From Treponema sp. (GTDB lineage: Bacteria > Spirochaetota > Spirochaetia > Treponematales > Treponemataceae), in NCBI GenBank assembly GCA_045642665.1, contig JAZUJH010000137.1, forward strand, positions 2,242 to 66,241: DNA of 64,000 nt, read 5' to 3'. Within the stretch, counting starts at the first letter, position 1; every line of letters starts with the position of its first letter. The translations under genes and the position numbers were made by a program. Positions 1 through 7,792 of this stretch are shown here, in pieces. The notes beneath the pieces were generated by a model, which did no database searches, was not told where the DNA came from, and worked only from the letters and a program-made list of their open reading frames with translations.

Positions 1-434
1 CACAACTTGCTCATCAGCTTCCAGGTTTTATGTCTTTCTTTGTAAGTGGAATGGTATTTGTAATAAATTGGGATTTTTTTATGAAAAAACTAAATATCAT
101 GATTATTCCAGCTATCATTTGTATTATTTTACATTATATTCTGAAAACAGAATTGATATTACCATTTGCATTAACAGTGATTGTAATGTTTGTAGGTGTG
201 AAAGTAACTTTTTTAAAGAATATTGGAAGACCCTTAGATTTTTCATATGGAATGTATTTGTTTCATTTTCCATTAATTCAAATTGCAGTTGTATCGGGGT
301 ATTTTAAAAATAATGTATTTGTACCTTTTATTTTTATAACTTCAACTGTGTTTTTTGTGACTTTTATTAGTGAAAAATATATACAAAAAAATATAGCTAA
401 ACTAATGGATAATAAGAAGGTAAAAAATGTCTAA
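1..434 (+). CDS. Acyltransferase-3 (OafA/YrhL-like) membrane O-acyltransferase, 5' part outside the window
   Basis: Frame is open from base 3 (QLAHQLPGF-M...). Hydrophobic helices and a DFSYGMYLFHFP motif typical of the AT3 C-terminus. Overlaps the GT2 start. Confidence 0.7.
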   Translation, partial: QLAHQLPGFMSFFVSGMVFVINWDFFMKKLNIMIIPAIICIILHYILKTELILPFALTVIVMFVGVKVTFLKNIGRPLDFSYGMYLFHFPLIQIAVVSGYFKNNVFVPFIFITSTVFFVTFISEKYIQKNIAKLMDNKKVKNV

Positions 435-1218
435 TCCAACTGTATCAATTATTACACCTATGTGGAAAGGGGCTGCTCTTGTAGGAGCAACTATTGAATC
501 TGTAATTGCCCAGACTTTTACTGATTGGGAAATGATTATTGTAGATGATTGTTCTCCAGATGAAGGGGAAGGTGCTGCAGTTGTTCAGTCTTATGCAGAT
601 AAAGATTCACGAATAAAACTTATTAGAGCAACTATGAATAGAGGATCTTCTGGTGCCAGAAATCAGGCAATGGATGCAGCAACTGGAAGATACTATGCTT
701 TTTTGGACAGTGATGATATTTGGCATCCCGATTATCTTTCGACTATGATGAAGCATATTCAGGAAAACAAGGATGAATCTATTGCAATTTACTTTGCTTC
801 ATACCGAAGAATGGACAGCAAATGTGATGCCGAGTTATTATCGCCTTATGTTTTTGAAGGTAAAAGAACTTATAAACAGCTTTTAAGGCATTGCCCAATT
901 TTTCCTTCAGTAGCTATTGTTGATACCCGGAAATTACCGGAACCGGTTCGTTTTAATGAAGCCTTAAAAGCACTTAGAGATGATTATGCTTACTGGCTTG
1001 ATATTATGAAGTTCGGGCTTACCGCCTACGGATACAAAGATGTTCTTGGTGATTACCGTATGCGAGATGATTCTATGACAGCATCTAAAACTAAGATGAT
1101 AAAACCTCAATGGAATATATATAGAAAAGTTCTTCGTATGAATCCGCTTTCTAGTGCATGGTATTTGTTTTGCTGGGGGTGTAATGGTTTGAAAAAATAT
1201 AAGATAAGTTGTAAATAA
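427..1218 (+). CDS. Glycosyltransferase family 2 (TuaG-like)
   Basis: VSIITP...WEMIIVDDCS, NRGSSGARN, AFLDSDDIW (DXD) motifs. Confidence 0.92.
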   Translation: MSNPTVSIITPMWKGAALVGATIESVIAQTFTDWEMIIVDDCSPDEGEGAAVVQSYADKDSRIKLIRATMNRGSSGARNQAMDAATGRYYAFLDSDDIWHPDYLSTMMKHIQENKDESIAIYFASYRRMDSKCDAELLSPYVFEGKRTYKQLLRHCPIFPSVAIVDTRKLPEPVRFNEALKALRDDYAYWLDIMKFGLTAYGYKDVLGDYRMRDDSMTASKTKMIKPQWNIYRKVLRMNPLSSAWYLFCWGCNGLKKYKISCK

Positions 1219-1219
1219 A

Positions 1220-1384
1220 ACTTTCGAAAACTGTTTCTACTGGAGAACTCCAGAAGAATTGCAGGGGCTGCTGGAAAATATTTCTGAAAACCAGAAAGAA
1301 TTGTGCGGAACTGTCATGCATGATCTTGCTGTTGAACATTATACCTGGAATCATATTGCAGAACAGTATGATGCATTGTATTAG
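1220..1384 (+). pseudogene. Orphan C-terminal remnant of a GT-B (GT4/DUF1972-like) glycosyltransferase
   Basis: Frame 1220-1384 reads TFENCFYWRTPEELQGLLENISENQKELCGTVMHDLAVEHYTWNHIAEQYDALY*. The ending matches the GT4 Y[ST]W..IA..Y..LY pattern. No suitable start; in-frame stop at 1205-1207. Confidence 0.55.
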
Positions 1385-1581
1385 GGGATTCAATTTTTTA
1401 ATGCCACGGCAGTTTCCCAAAACGTCGCGTTTTTTTGTGCTTACAAAGAAATATGTTTTGTGGTAGAATGAGTTCGTTTTCCATACTGAATGATGCATGG
1501 TAATTTTCCATGGAGTTTTTATGATCTGGTGGTCCTTAAAGGTTTCAGTTTTAGGGATGCCAATTTTTCTGGAGTTTTGTT

Positions 1582-2523
1582 ATGAAATTTTTTGTTACAG
1601 GCGTTGCAGGTCAGCTGGGACATGATGTCATGAATGAACTTAGTTCACGCGAATTTGAAGGTGTGGGCTCTGATATACATGAAAAATATTCAGGAATGCC
1701 GGACGGAAGTGCTGTATGTTCCATGCCCTATGTTTCTCTTGACATAACGGATTCTGAGGCCGTTTCAAAGGTGCTTAGCGAAGTTAAGCCTGATGTGATA
1801 GTTCACTGCGCCGCATGGACTGCCGTTGACCTTGCGGAGGATGATGACAAGAGGGAAAAAGTTTTTGCAATCAATTCAAGGGGGACAGAGAACATTGCCC
1901 TTGCCGCAAAGACTCTGGGCTGCAAGCTCATATATATTTCCACGGACTATGTTTTCAGCGGACTGGGAAGTGAGCCCTGGCAGCCTGACTGCAAGGATTA
2001 TGCTCCTCTCAATGTTTACGGAAAGTCAAAGCTTGAAGGGGAACTTGCAGTGAGTTCAAATCTTGAAAAGTATTTTGTTGTGCGCATTGCATGGGTCTTC
2101 GGAAAGAACGGAAAGAATTTCATAAAGACGATGCTCAACGTGGCAAAGACTCATGACACCCTCAAGGTTGTTTGCGACCAGATAGGAACTCCCACATACA
2201 CACTGGATCTTTCACGTCTTCTTGTGGACATGTCCCTGACAGAAAAGTACGGCTACTATCACGCGACCAATGAAGGCGGATTCATCAGCTGGTATGACTT
2301 CACAAAAGAAATTTTCCGCCAGGCTTCCCGGATGGGACGGTCAGAATATTCAGAGGAAAAGGTTACAGTAATTCCTGTCACCACTGCCGAATACGGAATT
2401 TCAAAGGCGAATCGTCCCTTCAACTCCCGCCTTGACAAGTCAAAGCTTGTGCAGAACGGATTTACTCCTCTTCCTGACTGGAAGGATGCTCTGTCCCGTT
2501 ATCTTTCTGAACTGGATTTCTAG
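1582..2523 (+). CDS. rfbD: dTDP-4-dehydrorhamnose reductase
   Basis: GVAGQLG NADPH motif, HCAAWTAVD, ISTDYVF, YGKSK catalytic YxxxK, DQIGTPT. SD GGAG upstream. Confidence 0.95.
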   Translation: MKFFVTGVAGQLGHDVMNELSSREFEGVGSDIHEKYSGMPDGSAVCSMPYVSLDITDSEAVSKVLSEVKPDVIVHCAAWTAVDLAEDDDKREKVFAINSRGTENIALAAKTLGCKLIYISTDYVFSGLGSEPWQPDCKDYAPLNVYGKSKLEGELAVSSNLEKYFVVRIAWVFGKNGKNFIKTMLNVAKTHDTLKVVCDQIGTPTYTLDLSRLLVDMSLTEKYGYYHATNEGGFISWYDFTKEIFRQASRMGRSEYSEEKVTVIPVTTAEYGISKANRPFNSRLDKSKLVQNGFTPLPDWKDALSRYLSELDF

Positions 2524-2773
2524 TTTTCGGGGAACAGGCGTTTCCGCAGTTTAATGGAGGGAATCTGGTTCCGTTACCTTTAAAATAGTTAAGGTAACTC
2601 CGGCTTTTGTGACGTAAGGCATAAGGAATGTGCTGCTCAAGGTTCATGAACCGGAGGGGGCTGAATGCCACGAAACTTTTTAGGAAAAAGGTTTCCCTGA
2701 TGAGTCTTTCTAAGAACGCCCTGCGGGAAAGAATTCGGCCTTCAGTCCTGGCCTACTAATTCATTGGTTTTAC

Positions 2774-2802
2774 TTTACATATTCCTAAAAAACATATAGA
2801 AT
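2774..2802 (+). promoter_or_regulatory. Sigma70-type promoter TTTACA-N17-TAGAAT, 6 nt before the ATG (leaderless)
   Basis: Read directly; no SD before ATG 2809. Confidence 0.6.
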
Positions 2803-2808
2803 TATGGA

Positions 2809-4170
2809 ATGAATTTTTCTAGAATCCGAAGACAGTTCTCTATTTTTCTGGGTGATGTCTTAATTTTAATTTTCAATATATTTTTATCGCTTCTGCTGAG
2901 AGACGGAAGTGTTCCGGAATTTGCAGATTTTCAGGTGCATTTCAAGTACCTGTTCATTCCGCTTATTGTTGTCGTAAGCTTCATGTATGTTTCAAACCTG
3001 TACAGCCTTACTGATGCATTTTCATTTCATAAGCTTTTTCTGAAGATTTCCGTCGCCTGTATTCTTGGAATGCTTATAGGTTTTGCAATTTTTTATCTTA
3101 ACCCGTCAACTCCTATAAACCCAAGGGGCATCTTTTTTTTGTATTCAGGTCTTTCCATACTCCTTCTTCTTGTCTGGAGAACCTTGTATGACAGGCTTTT
3201 CTTTGTGATACACAGGTACAAGAAATATATTGTTTTCGGATACAATAATAATGTCCAGGACCTTCTTGACAGTACAAAGGTGAAGAGCTACATAAACTAC
3301 AGACCGGCAGCTCTTTTTTCTCTTGAACCTGTGCAGGGACTTGATATTCCTGTCATCTCAACTCTTGAGGAGGTCAGGAATTTTGCAGAGAAGGGAGGCG
3401 TGGATAACTTTGTGCTCTCAATAAACAATGACATTCCGTCTGATGTGAAGAGATATATGTTCAGCAGGCTCGGACATAATTCACATTTCTACAGTCTTCC
3501 TGATTTTATGGAGATGGTATGCAGAAAGATTCCTCTCGGTTCCATCAATGAGCCGTGGATTATGCAGAACATCTGTCTTGACGGACGTCTTCTGCTTTCG
3601 TTCTGCAAGCGCGCATTCGATATATTTTTCGCCCTGGTCATTCTGATTGTCACAGGCATTTTCTGGCCTTTCATAGCTCTTATCATCAAGTGCGAAAGCA
3701 GGGGTCCTGTTTTCTTTAAGCAGGTGAGGGAAGGCAAGAACGGCAAGACTTTCTGCCTGTACAAGTTCCGCACCATGCGCACTGAGGGCAACAACTTTGC
3801 GATGACAACAAAGAATGACAGCCGGATCACTGCTTTCGGTAACTTCATGAGAAAGACCCGCATTGATGAGCTTCCCCAGGCACTGAATGTTCTTCGCGGA
3901 GACATGAGCGTAATAGGACCACGTCCTGAGCGTCCGGAACTTGCAGTGGAACTTGAAAAGGATGTTCTCTTCTACCGCCAGAGACTTCTTGTCAAGCCGG
4001 GAATTACAGGCTGGGACCAGGTAAGCGGTGAGTATCACAGTCCCAGCGTGGAGGATACATACAAGAAGGTTCAGTTTGACCTTTATTACATAAAGAACCA
4101 GAGCATATTCCTGGACATATCAATTCTTTGTAAGACAATTGTTACGGTCCTGAAGAAGGCCGGCCGCTGA
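2809..4170 (+). CDS. Polyprenyl glycosylphosphotransferase (WcaJ/WbaP-like priming sugar transferase)
   Basis: N-terminal TM helices. C-terminal Bac_transf domain: KRAFDI, YKFRTM, RKTRIDELPQ, GDMSVIGPRPE, KPGITGWDQV, DLYYIKN. Confidence 0.92.
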   Translation: MNFSRIRRQFSIFLGDVLILIFNIFLSLLLRDGSVPEFADFQVHFKYLFIPLIVVVSFMYVSNLYSLTDAFSFHKLFLKISVACILGMLIGFAIFYLNPSTPINPRGIFFLYSGLSILLLLVWRTLYDRLFFVIHRYKKYIVFGYNNNVQDLLDSTKVKSYINYRPAALFSLEPVQGLDIPVISTLEEVRNFAEKGGVDNFVLSINNDIPSDVKRYMFSRLGHNSHFYSLPDFMEMVCRKIPLGSINEPWIMQNICLDGRLLLSFCKRAFDIFFALVILIVTGIFWPFIALIIKCESRGPVFFKQVREGKNGKTFCLYKFRTMRTEGNNFAMTTKNDSRITAFGNFMRKTRIDELPQALNVLRGDMSVIGPRPERPELAVELEKDVLFYRQRLLVKPGITGWDQVSGEYHSPSVEDTYKKVQFDLYYIKNQSIFLDISILCKTIVTVLKKAGR

Positions 4171-4195
4171 TTTCTGGTTTCTGATTTCCTGTATC

Positions 4196-4226
4196 AAGGG
4201 GATGCCGTTTTGGTATCCCCTTTTTT
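4196..4226 (+). terminator. Intrinsic terminator after the priming transferase
   Basis: Stem AAGGGGATGCC/GGTATCCCCTT, 5-nt loop, T6 tail. Confidence 0.75.
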
Positions 4227-4325
4227 ATTTTGTATTTTTGCCTGAAGGGTGATAGAATAAGGAAAGCTGAAAGGGGACGACGGATTTTGTGTCCGGGACT
4301 TCCTGTAATGTTTTTGGAGGAAATC

Positions 4326-5276
4326 ATGCCGAATGCCGGTGACGGACTTATTTTTATTGGAAGCGTACTGAAGGAAACTATCTGGGGAGGAAACAGGCTC
4401 TCTGATTTTGGCTTCAGCCTTCCTTCAGAAACTGTAGGAGAAGCCTGGGTTGTAAGCGCCCACCCAGGAGGAGACTGCAAAGTTCTGGGAGGAACTTTCG
4501 GCGGCATGACCTTAAGCAGGCTCTGGAAAGAAAGGCCCGGTCTTTTTGGCCGGAGTGAAAATCCCTCTGAACCTTTTCCTCTCCTTACCAAGATCATTGA
4601 TGCCCGTACAGACCTTAGCATACAGGTGCATCCTGATGATGATTATGCGAGGCTTAACGAAAACGGAAGCCTTGGAAAGACGGAGTGCTGGTATGTTCTT
4701 GATGCGGAGCCGGGGGCAAAGATAATTATAGGTCACAACGCAAGGGACAAGGTCCATCTTGCGGATCTTATAGAAAAGGAACAGTGGAATGACTTGATAA
4801 GGGAAGTTCCAGTAAGGAAGGGGGATTTCTTCTTCATTGAGCCGGGAACCGTGCACGCTATTAAGGGCGGAACACTGGTTCTTGAAACCCAGCAGTCCAG
4901 TGACATCACTTACCGCGTCTATGACTACGGGAGGCTCCAGAACGGGAAACCCAGGCAGCTTCATGTTAAGCAGAGCCTTGATGTAATCAGATGCCCCTAT
5001 GTTCCCGTACCTGCTCCTGTTGATGAAAGCCGTACCTGTAATAAGAAACTTGTGCCTCTCGTGAACTGCAGCAAATTTTCAGTCTGGCATGCCTGTACAG
5101 AAGATTCCATGGAACTTGTCCAGGACCGGAACTTCATGATTGTTTCCGTCGTGGAAGGAAAAGGTTCTGTTGACGGAGCAGAAATCAGGAAGGGGTCAAA
5201 TTTCATAATTCCAAGGGATTATGGCACGGCAACTTTCTGCGGAACCATGGAGCTTATAGTTTCTGCGGAAGGTTAA
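4326..5276 (+). CDS. manA: Mannose-6-phosphate isomerase, class I
   Basis: IWGG, GEAWVVSAHP, DLSIQVHPDD, GKTECWY, GTVHAI, ETQQSSDITYRVYDY. Start moved to ATG 4326 (SD GGAGG at 4316-4320). Confidence 0.9.
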   Translation: MPNAGDGLIFIGSVLKETIWGGNRLSDFGFSLPSETVGEAWVVSAHPGGDCKVLGGTFGGMTLSRLWKERPGLFGRSENPSEPFPLLTKIIDARTDLSIQVHPDDDYARLNENGSLGKTECWYVLDAEPGAKIIIGHNARDKVHLADLIEKEQWNDLIREVPVRKGDFFFIEPGTVHAIKGGTLVLETQQSSDITYRVYDYGRLQNGKPRQLHVKQSLDVIRCPYVPVPAPVDESRTCNKKLVPLVNCSKFSVWHACTEDSMELVQDRNFMIVSVVEGKGSVDGAEIRKGSNFIIPRDYGTATFCGTMELIVSAEG

Positions 5277-5334
5277 AATGTTTCGTTACTGCTGATGCTT
5301 CCATTTAACATGAAAATCAGTTAGAATAAGCCCT

Positions 5335-5886
5335 ATGATTGGTAAGCGAAGAGGTCAGACTGATTTTTATTGCATTTTCGTCATGGGAGGAAGGGAAGAG
5401 CTTTTTAAAGCTGAAGCCCAGGAACTGTTTTCCCGTCTCTCCCTGGACGGAACCTTCTATTTTTTTACCCATGAAGTTTGGGTAGGAAAGGCAAGGAAGG
5501 GCATAAAAACTACTGTCCCGTTTTTCCCCGGATACGTTTTTCTTGCGTCTGATTCACTTGAACTTGAAACCGTTGAGGAACTTCGTAAGCTTACGGGCTT
5601 CATCCGCTTTCTCTATGACAATACGAATATCGTGAAGCTGGATTCCTCGGACCTCAGGATACTTGAAATACTTATGATGCATGGTGAGAATCAGCCCATG
5701 TCAGGTGCGGAATATACTGTTGATGACAGGGTGCGCATTATTTCGGGAAGCCTGAAGGATTTTACAGGTTTCGTAACAAAATATGACCGGCGCAGACAGA
5801 AGGTAAGCGTGCAGATCAATACTTCAAACCTCAAATGCACTCTGGAGCTGAGCTATGACATTGTAGAAAAGATTCCTGAAAACTGA
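5335..5886 (+). CDS. Specialised NusG paralogue (LoaP/UpxY/RfaH-like antiterminator)
   Basis: NGN domain (FYCIFV..GREE, FFPGYVFL) plus KOW motif (RVRIISGSLKDFTGFV). TAGAAT lies 7 nt before the ATG. Confidence 0.85.
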   Translation: MIGKRRGQTDFYCIFVMGGREELFKAEAQELFSRLSLDGTFYFFTHEVWVGKARKGIKTTVPFFPGYVFLASDSLELETVEELRKLTGFIRFLYDNTNIVKLDSSDLRILEILMMHGENQPMSGAEYTVDDRVRIISGSLKDFTGFVTKYDRRRQKVSVQINTSNLKCTLELSYDIVEKIPEN

Positions 5887-5894
5887 TATAATGT

Positions 5895-6818
5895 ATGTCC
5901 ATGAAACACAATATGCAGATTTTACAGGACCTGGCGGTCAAAAACGGACCGCTTTGTGTTGGCTTGGATACTGATCCTTCCTATATACCTGAAGCACTTG
6001 TCAAACAGTATGCTTCTCCTGCCCAGGCAGTTCTTGCCTATAACAAAGAAATAATCAAGAGAGTCAAGGAAACATCCAGCGCATGCTGTTTCAAGGTTCA
6101 GATTGCCTATTACGAGGCCATGGGACTTGAAGGTATGCAGGTTTATGCAGAAACTCTCAGGCTGGTAAAAGAAAGCGGACTTTCATGTATTTCTGACATC
6201 AAGAGAGGAGACATTGCTGCTACAGCCGGTGCCTATGCCCGTGCCCACTTTGCAGGCGACTTTGAGACGGACATAATCACAGTGAACCCTTATATGGGAT
6301 TCGATACTCTTGAGCCCTTCACAAAGTACTGTGATTCCGACGGAAAGGCAATGTTCGTTCTTCTTCGTACAAGTAATCCCGGAATGGTGGACATTGAGCA
6401 GCAGGAACTTAAGGACGGTTCACGTGTTCTTGATGCTGTAGGAAACGAGCTTAGCCGTCTCGGAAAGGTTTATGCAGAAAAGTACCCTGAATGCAGGACA
6501 AGTCCTGTCGGTGCTGTAGTAGGATGTACTGAAGAAAGTGATGCCAAGCTGCTCAGGGATGCTTATCCTGATGTATTCTTCCTTATTCCGGGATACGGTG
6601 CACAGGGTGGTGCTGCAAGAATTTGTGCGACACTTCTCAGGAATGCAGGCGGAGCTGTTAATTCTTCCCGCGGAATTCTCTGCGCATGGAAGAATGATGC
6701 AGACTGCATGGCAAAGGTTGAAAATAGTACTGTAACTATGGAAGACCTTGGAAAGGCTGCTCAAAAGGCTTGCATTGACTCAAAGAAAGATCTTCTTGAT
6801 GCAGTAAAGTCGCTGTAA
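5895..6818 (+). CDS. pyrF: Orotidine-5'-phosphate decarboxylase
   Basis: LCVGLDTDP, FKVQIAYYE, DIKRGDIA (DxKxxD), RTSNPG, LIPGYGAQGG, NSSRGI. Start may be ATG 5901. Confidence 0.93.
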   Translation: MSMKHNMQILQDLAVKNGPLCVGLDTDPSYIPEALVKQYASPAQAVLAYNKEIIKRVKETSSACCFKVQIAYYEAMGLEGMQVYAETLRLVKESGLSCISDIKRGDIAATAGAYARAHFAGDFETDIITVNPYMGFDTLEPFTKYCDSDGKAMFVLLRTSNPGMVDIEQQELKDGSRVLDAVGNELSRLGKVYAEKYPECRTSPVGAVVGCTEESDAKLLRDAYPDVFFLIPGYGAQGGAARICATLLRNAGGAVNSSRGILCAWKNDADCMAKVENSTVTMEDLGKAAQKACIDSKKDLLDAVKSL

Positions 6819-6857
6819 GTTTTCAGCAAGCATCTCAGTGCCTTGTGTGCCGGGATG

Positions 6858-6893
6858 CCAGTCATTCTGGTGCTTGAATAACAGGATGACTGG
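6858..6893. terminator. Hairpin downstream of pyrF
   Basis: CCAGTCATTCTG/CAGGATGACTGG stem; lacks a clear U-tract. Confidence 0.4.
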
Positions 6894-7064
6894 AAATGGA
6901 GAGACTTTGAGTTTTCTTCATCTGATAACGTTTTCAAAATAAGTTATGAAAATTTTAGAGAATATTTATCTGCTTTGTGGACAAAGCTATTTGCTCGTGT
7001 TAAATTCCATGAATGGAGAGGGTTTAGCACATGAAGATGGATAAAGATTATTTAAAATAGAAAA

Positions 7065-7682
7065 ATGAAAAAATATTTTGCCTTTGCTTTTTGTGCCTGC
7101 ATTCTTTTGCTGGCCGTTTCTTGTACTTCCGATGCAAATACTGGATGTGAATTTGTCAGGCATTCAGTTATATCCTCTTTGAACGATGTCTATGTTGCCT
7201 CTTCCCGTGTAACTTTTGAAGAATATAACCGCTACTGTTCCTTCAGCTGCAGGTATGTTGAATCCGAAAACCGTAAGAAACAGGATGAGGCTGTCTCCTG
7301 TATAAGCTGGTATGATGCAATAATTTATTGTAATCTCAGAAGCATGGGCGAAGGTCTGAAGCCTGTATATTATATCAATGCGGAGAATAATCCCCGTAAG
7401 TGGTCAGGAGTTAACGTCATAAACGGAAAGCTATGCGGTCCTAACTACAAGAATGCGCTCTGGGATTCAGTTCAGATGGACCTGAGTTCTGACGGTTACC
7501 GTCTTCCTACCAGAGAGGAACTTGACGTGGCAGGTTCAGATGATGTTTTCTTTTTTAACATAGAGAACATGCCTGTCAATTACCGCGAATGCTATTCTGA
7601 TTTCATAAAATCAAATCCGGGAAAATCTGTTCATTACAGGACGAATTCAGAAAGCCTTGTTCTCTGCAGAACTGCATTTTAA
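7065..7682 (+). CDS. Lipoprotein with a degenerate FGE-sulfatase (SUMF1/C-type lectin-like) domain
   Basis: Lipobox LLAVS-C20; ISWYDAIIYCN, GLKPVYY, GYRLPT motifs. C-terminal part is shortened. Confidence 0.6.
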   Translation: MKKYFAFAFCACILLLAVSCTSDANTGCEFVRHSVISSLNDVYVASSRVTFEEYNRYCSFSCRYVESENRKKQDEAVSCISWYDAIIYCNLRSMGEGLKPVYYINAENNPRKWSGVNVINGKLCGPNYKNALWDSVQMDLSSDGYRLPTREELDVAGSDDVFFFNIENMPVNYRECYSDFIKSNPGKSVHYRTNSESLVLCRTAF

Positions 7683-7694
7683 ATGAAAATCCCT

Positions 7695-7723
7695 TTGTCA
7701 AAATCCCTGTAAAATTGTAGAAT
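7695..7723 (+). promoter_or_regulatory. Promoter TTGTCA-N17-TAGAAT for pyrK-pyrD
   Basis: Read directly; implies ATG 7724 is not the real start. Confidence 0.6.
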
Positions 7724-7792
7724 ATGGAAACCTCCGGAACTGGAATTCCCGGGGGTCTCCATTATTCGAAACAAGTTTACGAGGAGCGTATT

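Noticed and set aside
1385-1435. Possible degenerate family-B copy (AAAACGTCGCG)
   Set aside because: Only about 12 nt resemble B; the core TTGAAATTACA and the termini are absent.
1151-1498. 115-aa minus-strand ORF, and the many other ORFs overlapping strong genes on opposite strands or frames
   Set aside because: Shadow ORFs with no motifs or SD, overlapping well-supported CDSs.
3133-3140. T8 tract in the priming transferase (and A8 near 16174) as phase-variation switches
   Set aside because: A/T runs of this length are common throughout this window and both frames are intact.
7065-7682. DGR target gene
   Set aside because: No reverse transcriptase, and I saw no template repeat with adenine-specific mismatches in the window.
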